From contig CAXXUO010000001.1 in the NCBI GenBank assembly GCA_963666485.2, positions 1,248,001 through 1,312,000 of the forward strand: a stretch of DNA of 64,000 bases. Direction: 5' to 3'. Of this stretch, positions 21,195 to 30,192 are shown piece after piece. Source of the DNA: Syntrophorhabdaceae bacterium. Lineage in GTDB: Bacteria; Desulfobacterota; Syntrophorhabdia; Syntrophorhabdales; Syntrophorhabdaceae. A program made the position numbers and the translations under genes. Position 1 is the stretch's first letter, and each line of letters starts with the position of its first letter. The notes below the pieces were generated by a model that worked only from the letters and a program-made list of their open reading frames with translations, was not told the DNA's origin and did not search any database.

Positions 21195-22348
21195 GCGCGG
21201 TAAAGAGGGGACATCTCGCGCAGCCTGGCGACGATGTTTGGCAGGACCTCGAGGACGTAGTCGATATCTTCGCCGGTGTTTCCCCATCCGAGACTGAAGC
21301 GAAGGGCGCTCTGGCAGACTGCACCGGGGATGCCCATGGCGAGGAGCACGTGGGAGGGTTCGTCTGAACCGGAGGAACAGGCCGATCCGGATGAAACGGC
21401 GATACCTTTCCTGTCGAGTGAGAAGAGCAGCGACTCGGACTCGACAAATTCGAAGCTGAGGTTCAATGTATTGGGGACGCGCTCGGTCGGATGGCCGTTC
21501 AGCCGGACGTGATCTATGCGCTCGAGTATCCCGTCGAGAAGACGTTTTCGCAGCGTTTCCAGCTTCAGGGGGTATTCCTCGGCATGGGAACCGGCAATCT
21601 CGCAGGCCTTGCCGAAAGCGACTATCCCGATCACGTTCTCGGTGCCCGCCCTTCTGCCGGCTTCCTGGTGCCCGCCATGGATGAGATTGTTGAGCCGGGT
21701 CCCTTCGCGGACATACAGGGCGCCCACCCCCTTGGGGGCGTAGACCTTGTGGCCGGAGAAGCTCGCGAGGTCAATACCGAGGCCGGCCACGTCGACCGGG
21801 ATCTTCCCGAGCGCCTGCACCATGTCCGAGTGGACAGGCACGCCTTTTTCATGGGCCGCCTCGACGATATCCCTGATCGGCATCACGGTGCCCGTCTCGT
21901 TGTTGGCATACATGATGGTGACAAGGAGCGTGTCCTTCCGGATGGCGTCCCGGACGTCGTCGGGGTCCACGAGCCCGAAGCCGTCTACAGGGATATAGGT
22001 GACGGAAAACCCCTGTGTTTCGAGGTACCGGCACACGTTGAGGACAGCGGGATGCTCGACCGTCGATGTGATGATATGCCCCTTCGTATCAGAGGCATAT
22101 GCTATCCCCTTGATCGCGTGGTTGTTCGCTTCGGAGCCGCAGCTTGTTATCACGACCTCATCGCCTGCCGCCCCGATCATGCGGGCGATACCGGCGCGTG
22201 CGGCGTCGTAGGAGGCCTTGACGTCCCTTCCAGCAAAATGCGTGCTGGACGGGTTGCCGTAGAGGCCGTTCAGGAAGGGCTTTATTGCCTCGGCCACCTC
22301 GGGGTGGATGGGTGTCGTGGCGTTATTGTCGAGGTATATACGGCGCAT
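21191..22348 (-). CDS. nifS: cysteine desulfurase (NifS/IscS)
   Basis: YLDNNATT, ANNETG, SGHK, SSGSACSS. Confidence 0.95.
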   Translation of the reverse strand: MRRIYLDNNATTPIHPEVAEAIKPFLNGLYGNPSSTHFAGRDVKASYDAARAGIARMIGAAGDEVVITSCGSEANNHAIKGIAYASDTKGHIITSTVEHPAVLNVCRYLETQGFSVTYIPVDGFGLVDPDDVRDAIRKDTLLVTIMYANNETGTVMPIRDIVEAAHEKGVPVHSDMVQALGKIPVDVAGLGIDLASFSGHKVYAPKGVGALYVREGTRLNNLIHGGHQEAGRRAGTENVIGIVAFGKACEIAGSHAEEYPLKLETLRKRLLDGILERIDHVRLNGHPTERVPNTLNLSFEFVESESLLFSLDRKGIAVSSGSACSSGSDEPSHVLLAMGIPGAVCQSALRFSLGWGNTGEDIDYVLEVLPNIVARLREMSPLYRA

Positions 22349-22357
22349 CGGGGTTTC

Positions 22358-22768
22358 TTACTCGAAGGAGACGCTCATCGCCTTTACGGGACAGACCTTC
22401 ACGCACAGTTCGCAGGCAACGCAGCGTTTATAATCAAATTCGATAGCCATCGACCGCCTGTCCTTGACGTAGAGGGCCTCCGGCGCGCAGACGCTCGTGC
22501 AGACCCCGCAATGGACGCATTTATCCTCATCCCGGTTGATATCGCGCTCCATCGGCTCTGTGTCGATGTTGAGGCTTTTCAGGTATTTCATGCCCTTCTT
22601 GAAGTTTGCTTCCGTACCCTCGAGCTCCATGACCATGAGGGATTCCGCTTTCGGCGAGATGTTCGCTCTTAAGATGTTGAAGACGAGGTTATAGTCTTTT
22701 AAGAGCCTGTAGACGATCGGCTTGTCGATCGTGTCTTTCTTAAACCGGAGAATGATCCTCTTTTTCAT
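22358..22768 (-). CDS. NIL domain + 2[4Fe-4S] ferredoxin (NIL-Fer)
   Basis: FNIL motif; CVHCGVCTSVC and CVACELCVKVCP; start trimmed to ATG 22768. Confidence 0.9.
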   Translation of the reverse strand: MKKRIILRFKKDTIDKPIVYRLLKDYNLVFNILRANISPKAESLMVMELEGTEANFKKGMKYLKSLNIDTEPMERDINRDEDKCVHCGVCTSVCAPEALYVKDRRSMAIEFDYKRCVACELCVKVCPVKAMSVSFE

Positions 22769-22815
22769 TTGTTCCTCGCTCTTTTCGTGAGCAAAACATG
22801 CGGACCTGAAGGGCT

Positions 22816-23553
22816 TTACGTCTCGACAATATCGAGCTCGCCCCACGCCCCAAGCTGATCGCCCAGAATAATCAACACTGCCGTGATGCCCGGAAATTTC
22901 TGACCTTCTTCTATGGCCCTGGCAATATCGTCCTTCTTTTTTACAATATTACCGAGGTAAGTTGCAAGTCCGTCCGCGAAGAGGGCCGATTGCCCGAGGA
23001 TGCAGACCGCGTCGGCCTTTCCGAAGCTCAGCGAATGGCCCACGGTGGCCGATGACGTGCAGACGCCCCGTGATTCGGCCGAGGGGGGTATCCTGATGCC
23101 GATATGTCCGCTGAACGGCGACCGGCCCGCGTGGATCTGGATGACCCTTTCGACCGACGTCCTCAAGGAGATATCGCCGCCGTTCTCGATGATGAAATCC
23201 TGCGTGAGGCCCGAGATGTCCCGTCCTATATATTCAGAGATCGCACCTGCCACCGTTGCCATCGGGCCGACCCCCACCGCGGCGGAGGCCCGGATCATCT
23301 CCCGCGCGACAGGCGGGGCCACCGGGTCATCGCCTATCGGTACCAGGCTGTCCTGAAATAACGGGTTGGTCCTGATATATTCTTCAAGCTGATACCTGTA
23401 CGCCAGGACACGGTCCTTTATGACATCGGCAAGATCATGGCCGGTGCAGCAGAAAAGGTCCGTTTCCTTGTATTTCACCTCGTAGCATACAAGTTCCGCG
23501 GGGCGCGAGATATTCCGGTAAAATCTTTCTCCAAAACCTGTCGGTCTTTTCAT
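22816..23553 (-). CDS. UPF0280 / ApbE-like protein (COG2122)
   Basis: VGPMATVAGA, IENGGDI, GVCTSSATVGHSLSFGKADA; start trimmed to ATG 23553. Confidence 0.88.
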   Translation of the reverse strand: MKRPTGFGERFYRNISRPAELVCYEVKYKETDLFCCTGHDLADVIKDRVLAYRYQLEEYIRTNPLFQDSLVPIGDDPVAPPVAREMIRASAAVGVGPMATVAGAISEYIGRDISGLTQDFIIENGGDISLRTSVERVIQIHAGRSPFSGHIGIRIPPSAESRGVCTSSATVGHSLSFGKADAVCILGQSALFADGLATYLGNIVKKKDDIARAIEEGQKFPGITAVLIILGDQLGAWGELDIVET

Positions 23554-23604
23554 GATCGATACGTATGGCTTTCCGGGGTGTAATACCGGGGAAGCCGACG
23601 GAAT

Positions 23605-23649
23605 ATTATAGTATCTTGGATTGATTATAGGAAATCTTTTCGCTATAAT
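23605..23649. promoter_or_regulatory. overlapping divergent sigma70-like promoters
   Basis: Plus: TTGATT(23621)-N17-TATAAT(23644). Minus: TTCCTA-N17-TATAAT (23633-23605). Confidence 0.55.
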
Positions 23650-23655
23650 GTCGAA

Positions 23656-24537
23656 ATGCAGATCATGTCGGCCAAGGAGTTGTCGAAGTACCTCAGGATA
23701 AACGAGAAAATGATCTACCGTCTCGTGCAGGAATCGAGGCTGCCCGCGGTCAGGATCGGCGGTAAGATATCTTTCGCCAAAGAACTCATCGACGACTGGA
23801 TCCTGGAGAATACCCAGCGCGAGAAGCTGATCTTTATCGCGGGGAGCGACGACCCGCTCCTTAAGAAGATCATAGACCTCTTCAATGCCTCCCAGAAGGG
23901 CACCACCATCTTTTACGCATCGGTGGGGAGCATGCGGGGACTGGAACTGCTCAGGGACCACGTGGCATCCGCCGCGTGCGTCCACATTTACGATGTTGAA
24001 CAGAAGGCGTATACGCTGTCGTATATCAGGCGCTACCTGGAAAGCGAGAACTATGCGGTCATCAACCTGTTCTTCCGCGAGCAGGGGATCTACGTGCCGA
24101 GGGGCAACCCTGCCGGGATAACGTCGATCTCCGACCTTGCGTCGGGCAACATCCGTTTCATCAACAGGAGAAAAGGGACGGGCACGCGGCTGCTCTTTGA
24201 TTTCCTTCTTATGGAAGCAGGCATAGACCCCTCCCGGATAAACGGGTACGAGCGCGAGGCGGAATCACACTTAGGGGCCGGCACCGCTGTCGTCAGGGGG
24301 GGCGCCGATGCCTCCGTGGGCATCCGGTACATTGCGCACATGCTCAATCTCGATTTCGTACCTCTCTTCAAGGAAAGGTTCGATCTTGTCGTACCGTATG
24401 AGAGGTTCGGCAATGCCCAGACCAAGGCCTTTTTGGATTTCCTGAACGAGCCTCTTTTCATGCACTCCATGAAGGACCACGAAGGCTATGACATGTCGCA
24501 GATGGGCAGCGTCCTGACGAAAGACGTCTCCCGTTGA
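23656..24537 (+). CDS. excisionase-type HTH + PBP-like domain transcriptional regulator
   Basis: N-terminal HTH_17-like domain; GSDDP, VGSMRGL, REQG, FINRRKGTGTR, ERFDL. Confidence 0.85.
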   Translation: MQIMSAKELSKYLRINEKMIYRLVQESRLPAVRIGGKISFAKELIDDWILENTQREKLIFIAGSDDPLLKKIIDLFNASQKGTTIFYASVGSMRGLELLRDHVASAACVHIYDVEQKAYTLSYIRRYLESENYAVINLFFREQGIYVPRGNPAGITSISDLASGNIRFINRRKGTGTRLLFDFLLMEAGIDPSRINGYEREAESHLGAGTAVVRGGADASVGIRYIAHMLNLDFVPLFKERFDLVVPYERFGNAQTKAFLDFLNEPLFMHSMKDHEGYDMSQMGSVLTKDVSR

Positions 24538-24583
24538 GGCGGCCGCTTAAGAATACATCGATTCGGTAAGAAGAACTTCCCGC

Positions 24584-25426
24584 GTGAAAAGATCACTTTC
24601 AGAAAAAGACAGGCAGGCAACTGAGAAACGCGTCGATATCGAGATCGACCCGGGCGCCTGCGAGCTCCTTCCCGAGGACATATACACCGTTCATTCCCCG
24701 ACGGGCCTGTGGATCATCGAAGAAAATACCCGGACCATCATGCGTGCGTACCCCGAACACGTGGAAACATATATCGACGCGGTGCGTGCAAGCGGCATCA
24801 GGACCGGGAAGATAACCGTTACAGAAGAGCCGCGGCGCGACTACGCGGACATGGCCCGCAAATATTTCCGCCCCATATCGATAGAGGATATCGTTATCCG
24901 GGCGCCGTGGAATGCGAAGCGTGCGGGCGTTTCCTATATTACGATCGAGCCGGGCATGGCATTCGGGACCGGACGCCATGAGTCGACGCGCCTCATGATG
25001 AGAATGATCAGGGACGTCGATCTTGCGGGCATGCGGGTCCTCGATCTCGGGTGCGGCTCCGGCCTTCTGTCCCTGTACGCCCGTCTCAAGGGCGCGAAAT
25101 ATGTCTACGCGGTGGACAATGACATCGACGCCGTTCTTTCGGCACAGAAGAATGTCCGGCTCAACGACATGTCCGGCATCGAGCTTGTCTGCGCCGACCT
25201 CAAGGATGTGCACGGAAGGTATGATGTCGTGCTCGCCAATCTCGACATCCGGACATTCGCCCTGCATTCGACGCATATCAAGGCGCTGTGGAAAAAGAAC
25301 GGCACCCTTATCATATCCGGGATCATCGGCCGTGAGAAAAAGGAGGCCTTGAGCCTTTTCCTTCCCTGCCAGCCGGTCACAGAGGTGAAAAAGAATTCCT
25401 GGAGAGGCTATATCTTCAGGCGATAA
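24584..25426 (+). CDS. prmA: ribosomal protein L11 methyltransferase
   Basis: IEPGMAFGTGRHEST, LDLGCGSG. Confidence 0.88.
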   Translation: MKRSLSEKDRQATEKRVDIEIDPGACELLPEDIYTVHSPTGLWIIEENTRTIMRAYPEHVETYIDAVRASGIRTGKITVTEEPRRDYADMARKYFRPISIEDIVIRAPWNAKRAGVSYITIEPGMAFGTGRHESTRLMMRMIRDVDLAGMRVLDLGCGSGLLSLYARLKGAKYVYAVDNDIDAVLSAQKNVRLNDMSGIELVCADLKDVHGRYDVVLANLDIRTFALHSTHIKALWKKNGTLIISGIIGREKKEALSLFLPCQPVTEVKKNSWRGYIFRR

Positions 25427-25437
25427 TCGGGGGCACT

Positions 25438-26040
25438 ATGAACGTAGGTTTTCTTGCATCCCATGGCGGAAGCAACATGCAGGCGATAATCGACGCGGCT
25501 AAAAAGGGGACACTGCATGCCCGGCCCGTTGTCGTGATCAGCAATAATGCGGATTCGACAGCGCTTGAAAGGGCACGGACGGAGGGCATCCCGGGATTTT
25601 ACCTGAGCGGGAACGTATACCCCGATCCCGATATGCTCGACCAGGCAATCCTCAAGGTCCTCATCGCGCATCAGGTCGATATCGTTGCGCTTGCCGGCTA
25701 TATGAAGAAGCTGGGGCCCAAAACGCTTTCGCATTTTAAAGGGAGGGTGCTCAACATTCATCCGGCCCTTCTGCCGAAGCACGGAGGAAAAGGGATGTAC
25801 GGCATTCACGTTCATGAGTCCGTCATAGCCGCCCGCGAAACAGAATCGGGCGTGACGATCCACCTTGTGACCGATGAATACGACCGTGGGCCCATCATCG
25901 CGCAGGTGCGCGTGCCGGTCGAACCCGGCGACACCCCCGAGGTCCTCGCCGCCCGCGTTCTCATTGAAGAGCACAAACTCTACCCCGCCACCCTCGAACG
26001 CATCGTGACCGGGGAAATTAATCTCGATAATTACAGGTAA
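25438..26040 (+). CDS. purN: phosphoribosylglycinamide formyltransferase
   Basis: GGSNMQA, LAGYM, NIHPALLP, YDRGPII. Confidence 0.95.
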   Translation: MNVGFLASHGGSNMQAIIDAAKKGTLHARPVVVISNNADSTALERARTEGIPGFYLSGNVYPDPDMLDQAILKVLIAHQVDIVALAGYMKKLGPKTLSHFKGRVLNIHPALLPKHGGKGMYGIHVHESVIAARETESGVTIHLVTDEYDRGPIIAQVRVPVEPGDTPEVLAARVLIEEHKLYPATLERIVTGEINLDNYR

Positions 26041-26082
26041 TAGAATAGATTCGGGATAAACCTTCAACGTCATTCGGGTGAA

Positions 26083-26323
26083 GAGACTGTGTCGCAATCA
26101 TTTTCCCCTGCCCGATGCGAGCAAAGATACCAGAATCTACCAGCCCCGTCATTCCGGCGAAGGCCGGAATCCAGTGTCTCTGTTGTTATTGTAATTTAAT
26201 AGTATTATTGACATGTAACAGAACTATTTTGAATTATCCATGGTCTTGATTGATCATAAAAACAAGAAAAGACCCTGGATCCCGGCCTTCGCCGGGATGA
26301 CGACGTAGTTGTGACAAAGTCTC
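26083..26323. mobile_element. MITE-like element with 15-bp terminal inverted repeats inserted in a REP hairpin
   Basis: GAGACTGTGTCGCAA / TTGTGACAAAGTCTC (13/15); GAA on both sides; contains an inverted REP pair (26147-26179, 26270-26302). Confidence 0.65.
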
Positions 26324-26386
26324 GAAAGCCGGAATGACGGAAAAGAAGAAACGGGGTCCTGTCAAAAAAGTTGTGAGATGCATCTC

Positions 26387-27295
26387 CTAATCGAACATTG
26401 CTTCGGCGAAGTCTTTGGCGCTGAAGGGGATGAGGTCGTCTATCTTTTCACCGACCCCGATGTAGCGCACCGGTATTTTCAGAAGGTGCGCGATGGGCAG
26501 GATGAAGCCGCCCTTGGCGGTCCCGTCAAGTTTTGTGATGATGATGCCGGAGATGCCGACGGCGTCGTTGAACGCCTTCGCCTGGGCGATCGCGTTCTGG
26601 CCGTTCGTGGCGTCGACGACGAGAAGGATCTCATGAGGGGCGCTTTCGACCTCCTTTGAAATGACGCGATGGATCTTTTTCATCTCTTCCATGAGGTTCG
26701 ACTTGGTATGAAGCCTGCCGGCGGTATCGAGGATGACGATGTCGGTCCCGCGCGATTTCGCGGCCTTGACGGCATCAAAGGCCACCGCTGCGGGGTCGGA
26801 CCCATCGGCATGCTTCACCATTTCGACGTTGAGGCGCTTTGCCCACACGTCGAGCTGTTCTATTGCCGCGGCGCGGAAGGTATCACATGCGCCGAGGAGC
26901 ACCTTCTTTTTATCGGCAAGGTATATGCTGGCTAGTTTTGCTATAGTTGTCGTCTTGCCGACCCCGTTGACGCCGAGCGTGAGGATAACGAATGGCTTTT
27001 TGCCGTTCACAGCCATGGGGGCTTCGATCGGGGCAAGCAGCTTCTCGACTTCTTCCTTCATGGATGACCTGATGTCCTCCATGGTCTTGATGTACCCGCG
27101 CCTCCATTTGTCTTTCAGTGCATCGACAAGAAGCTCGGTCGTGGGGAGCCCGGCGTCGGCAAGTATCAATGCCTCCTCTATCTCGTCGAAGGCATCTTCT
27201 TCTATGGGCTTTCCCTGGACCATCCATTCGATCTTTGTCTTGATCTGGTCCCGGGTCTTTGTGAGCCCGCTCTTTATTTTTTCAAAAAAACCCAT
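26387..27295 (-). CDS. ftsY: signal recognition particle receptor (no long acidic domain)
   Basis: GVNGVGKTTT, DTFRAAA, DTAGR, TKLDGTAKGG. Confidence 0.97.
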   Translation of the reverse strand: MGFFEKIKSGLTKTRDQIKTKIEWMVQGKPIEEDAFDEIEEALILADAGLPTTELLVDALKDKWRRGYIKTMEDIRSSMKEEVEKLLAPIEAPMAVNGKKPFVILTLGVNGVGKTTTIAKLASIYLADKKKVLLGACDTFRAAAIEQLDVWAKRLNVEMVKHADGSDPAAVAFDAVKAAKSRGTDIVILDTAGRLHTKSNLMEEMKKIHRVISKEVESAPHEILLVVDATNGQNAIAQAKAFNDAVGISGIIITKLDGTAKGGFILPIAHLLKIPVRYIGVGEKIDDLIPFSAKDFAEAMFD

Positions 27296-27328
27296 ACAGT
27301 ATCCACCATTAAAAGAAAAAAGGGTCCG

Positions 27329-27889
27329 TTAACGATTTTCCTTTGAATCCCGGGCATAGAACCCGACGTTGTTATAGATGTAAAGCTCCATCTCTTTCTC
27401 GTACCATTGGACCTCTTCTTCGATGAGGGCCTCGAGACGGGCCTTGTCGATGATGCCGGACCGTCCCATCGCTTTTACTTCGTTTATAGACGTAAGAGGA
27501 TAGTCATACTCGTATCGTTTGATGTAATCGTCGAGGGCCTTCATTCCAGCCGCTTTGTCTATACTGAGGAGAATGAGGGCCTTGTATCCGTACATGCGCA
27601 GGTACGACAATCTGTCGAGAGGGCATTTTTCTGCCTGTTCGATCATTGTCCGTGCATTTTCAAGTTGCCCTTTCTTATATGCCGTCGCCGCCAGGTAGGT
27701 AAATACGGCCGCATCGCCCTGGACCTTTGCCGCCTCCTCAAAAGATTTCCGGGCTTCTTCGTATTTACCTGCGTTGAACAGGTCCTTGCCCGCGAGGAGG
27801 TTTCGTGAATATACAGCATAGGTAGTACACGAAAGCAGAAGAAATGAAACTGCGATCAGTCCGAATCCGGAACGTACGGTTTTCCGCAT
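27329..27889 (-). CDS. TPR-like lipoprotein
   Basis: Signal peptide ending LLLSC; helical TPR-like repeats. Confidence 0.7.
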   Translation of the reverse strand: MRKTVRSGFGLIAVSFLLLSCTTYAVYSRNLLAGKDLFNAGKYEEARKSFEEAAKVQGDAAVFTYLAATAYKKGQLENARTMIEQAEKCPLDRLSYLRMYGYKALILLSIDKAAGMKALDDYIKRYEYDYPLTSINEVKAMGRSGIIDKARLEALIEEEVQWYEKEMELYIYNNVGFYARDSKENR

Positions 27890-28128
27890 ACTTTGCAAAC
27901 ACCTTTCTCGTCTATTACGCCGATGCACGACCCGTCGCTGCACAGGACCCGCCGGGAGAAATCGTCATTGTCCTCTTCCCCGGCAGGCTCTGTATCGGAT
28001 ACCTCGGCAACGGCAAGCCCGGCACCGCACAGATAGCAATAGTGCCCCAACCGCAGCACTTCCTCTTTGCATTGCGGGCAGGCGACCGATCCGATCTCTT
28101 TTGAGCACGCCTCGCACAGCGTCGTCAT
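27856..28128 (-). CDS. multi zinc-ribbon small protein
   Basis: CEAC, CPQC, CYLC, CSDGSC, CKVC; overlaps both neighbours. Confidence 0.75.
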   Translation of the reverse strand: MTTLCEACSKEIGSVACPQCKEEVLRLGHYCYLCGAGLAVAEVSDTEPAGEEDNDDFSRRVLCSDGSCIGVIDEKGVCKVCGKPYVPDSD

Positions 28129-28442
28129 TTGTCCGCCTTGATCACTTTGGTCACTATCCCCTGCTCGAATTCCAGGTAGACCGTGCCTTTGTTGTCAGGC
28201 ATGAGCTTCCAGGCCGGACGGTATGTCCAGAGGATCTTGTTGTCGGGCATCAGGCTGACGACTGATGGTTCGCCCAGCTTCTTGCGGACCTGGTCCTCGT
28301 TCATGGATATAAGGGAATTTTCCACCACCGGCTGGGGTTTTCCGGTCATGTTCTTGATGGATGAACACGAGATCAGGATAAAACAGGACAGAAGTATTAC
28401 GCAGATTCCTGAAAATGAAGGACTTTTAAAACTTTTCCACAT
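28125..28442 (-). CDS. small lipoprotein with SmpA/OmlA (BamE)-like motif
   Basis: Lipobox LISC; MNEDQVRKKLGEP..WTY; start uncertain (28442 or 28505). Confidence 0.65.
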   Translation of the reverse strand: MWKSFKSPSFSGICVILLSCFILISCSSIKNMTGKPQPVVENSLISMNEDQVRKKLGEPSVVSLMPDNKILWTYRPAWKLMPDNKGTVYLEFEQGIVTKVIKADK

Positions 28443-28498
28443 TTTTTGTGGAAAACCTGTTGACAAATTGTATAAAGACTCTTGTAACTTGTTGATAT
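28433..28498. promoter_or_regulatory. DnaA-box cluster
   Basis: TTTTCCACA (28433), TGTGGAAAA (28447); degenerate TGTTGACAA (28458), TGTATAAAG (28469), TGTTGATAT (28490). Confidence 0.45.
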
Positions 28499-28629
28499 TA
28501 CGCATGAATTCCCCCCGCTGTCTACGGAACGTGCACTTAAATTCTTTCAATATTTTCAAAGGTTTCCATTTCTATGTACAATCTCATGTTCCTGGGTTCG
28601 CGATACCTTATCACGGATACTTCAAATTA

Positions 28630-29613
28630 TCAACGGTTGCCCGACGGGGGCTGCGAGGGCCTCTTTGAGGCTTTTTTCAGTCTCTCCATGACGGCGCGGC
28701 CGATGCCTTTTTCCGGTACTTTTTCGGCATAGATCACATTGATATCATTCGAATCGAGTTCGATGAGGAACGAGAAGAAATTGGACGCGGCCTCCCTGAG
28801 ATCGCCGGTCCGTGACAGGACCCTCACGTGTTTGACCGGCAGTGCACGGTCGGGTTCGGTGAATGCCAGGTATGAAGAATTCTGGTCCCTGATATCGTGA
28901 GGGCCATTCACGAGGCGCAGGGGTTTCAGGGGAGAATAATGATAGGGCAGTTCGCCGGGGGCTTCACATGCGGCTGATTGCCTTTCCTGTTCGATGACCC
29001 GGACATGCTCCGAGAGCTCTTCAACCGTGACGGCGCCGTGGCGGTGAACGACTACCCCGTCGTCGTGGAACGACACGATCGTCGATTCGATCCCGTGCCG
29101 CGCATTGCCGCCGTCGAGAACGAGCGGTACGTGTTCGGCGAATGATCGCGCGACATGGTGGACGCGTGTTGGGCTCATGTACCCGAACTGGTTCGCACTC
29201 GGTGCCGCGACAGGTTTCTTGAGCGCCGCGATGAGATCGTGCGCTACCGGGTGGGATGGGACCCTGATCCCCACGGTGGGCAGCCCCGCCGTTACGATGT
29301 CGGGAATGACAGGCCGTTTCCGGAAGATCATCGTGAGCGGACCGGGCCAGAAGGCCGCCATGAGCCTTTCGGCTTCGGGAGGTATTTTCTCGACATAGCG
29401 GTCGAGCCCCTCGGCCCCGGCAAGATGGACAATGAGCGGGTCGAAGTGGGGCCGGCGTTTCACCTCGAATATTTTTGCAACGGCCATCGGATCGAATGCC
29501 ACTGCACCCAGTCCATATACGGTTTCGGTGGGAAAGGCCACGATCTCGCCCCTCTCAAGAAGCGAGACGGCTTCGGCGATGGACGCCTTATCTCTTCCGT
29601 CGAGGATCTTCAT
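28630..29613 (-). CDS. sua5: L-threonylcarbamoyladenylate synthase (Sua5)
   Basis: FPTETVYGL, KRRP..DPLIVH, WPGPLT, APSAN; C-terminal SUA5 domain. Confidence 0.95.
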   Translation of the reverse strand: MKILDGRDKASIAEAVSLLERGEIVAFPTETVYGLGAVAFDPMAVAKIFEVKRRPHFDPLIVHLAGAEGLDRYVEKIPPEAERLMAAFWPGPLTMIFRKRPVIPDIVTAGLPTVGIRVPSHPVAHDLIAALKKPVAAPSANQFGYMSPTRVHHVARSFAEHVPLVLDGGNARHGIESTIVSFHDDGVVVHRHGAVTVEELSEHVRVIEQERQSAACEAPGELPYHYSPLKPLRLVNGPHDIRDQNSSYLAFTEPDRALPVKHVRVLSRTGDLREAASNFFSFLIELDSNDINVIYAEKVPEKGIGRAVMERLKKASKRPSQPPSGNR

Positions 29614-29678
29614 TTCTTCCCTGCGTGAGCGTTGCATCGTGGGGCGATTGCTGCGGTCATAACTGCGTCAGGCGGGTG

Positions 29679-29879
29679 CTACTTAGGTTCGATGGGTTTC
29701 TTCGGTTTTTCGTTCTGGTCAGACGTGACGTCAATAGAATCGGGTTCATTTATGGATTTTTTGAAGCCCTTTATGCCTTTCCCTATTGCCCCGCCTATCT
29801 CCGATATTCTGCCCGCTCCGAAAATGAGCACAACAATGATGAGTATTATAATAAGTTCCGGCATTCCTAGTCCGAACAT
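29679..29879 (-). CDS. tatA: twin-arginine translocase subunit TatA
   Basis: [24 protein letters not shown] helix GKGIKGFKK. Confidence 0.95.
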   Translation of the reverse strand: MFGLGMPELIIILIIVVLIFGAGRISEIGGAIGKGIKGFKKSINEPDSIDVTSDQNEKPKKPIEPK

Positions 29880-29994
29880 ATGTCCTCCTTGCTTAAGCTA
29901 CTCAAATTATAATAGGAAACCTGATGAATGTATAGAGTTTTGTCTTTTTTCTGCTGGATATCCGGCCCCTTTTCTGATAGTATTCATGCTTGGC

Positions 29995-30067
29995 GGTCCC
30001 ATCGTCTAGCGGCCCAGGACGTCGGCCTCTCACGCCGAAAACACGAGTTCGATTCTCGTTGGGACCA
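29995..30067 (+). tRNA. tRNA-Glu(CTC), CCA not encoded
   Basis: Acceptor GGTCCCA/TGGGACC, anticodon arm TCGGC-CTCTCAC-GCCGA, T-loop TTCGATT. Confidence 0.95.
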
Positions 30068-30081
30068 AAAATAAAAACCTC

Positions 30082-30190
30082 GTTCAAAGTTCAATGTTCA
30101 ATGTTCAACGCTAAAAAAAGCCGAATAAAAAATTGGGGGGGGTTCTGTTTCTGGTTTTTTCTTTGAACCTTGAACCTTGAACCTTGAACC
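30082..30190. repeat. inverted heptamer-array element (GTTCAAn)
   Basis: Left gttcaaa-gttcaat-gttcaat-gttcaac; right tttgaac-(cttgaac)x3; between convergent tRNA-Glu and rdgB. Confidence 0.85.
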
Positions 30191-30192
30191 AT

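Noticed and set aside
22816..23985. 389-aa version of the UPF0280 ORF
   Set aside because: The extension overlaps the divergent regulator and its promoter; the family-like sequence starts at 23553
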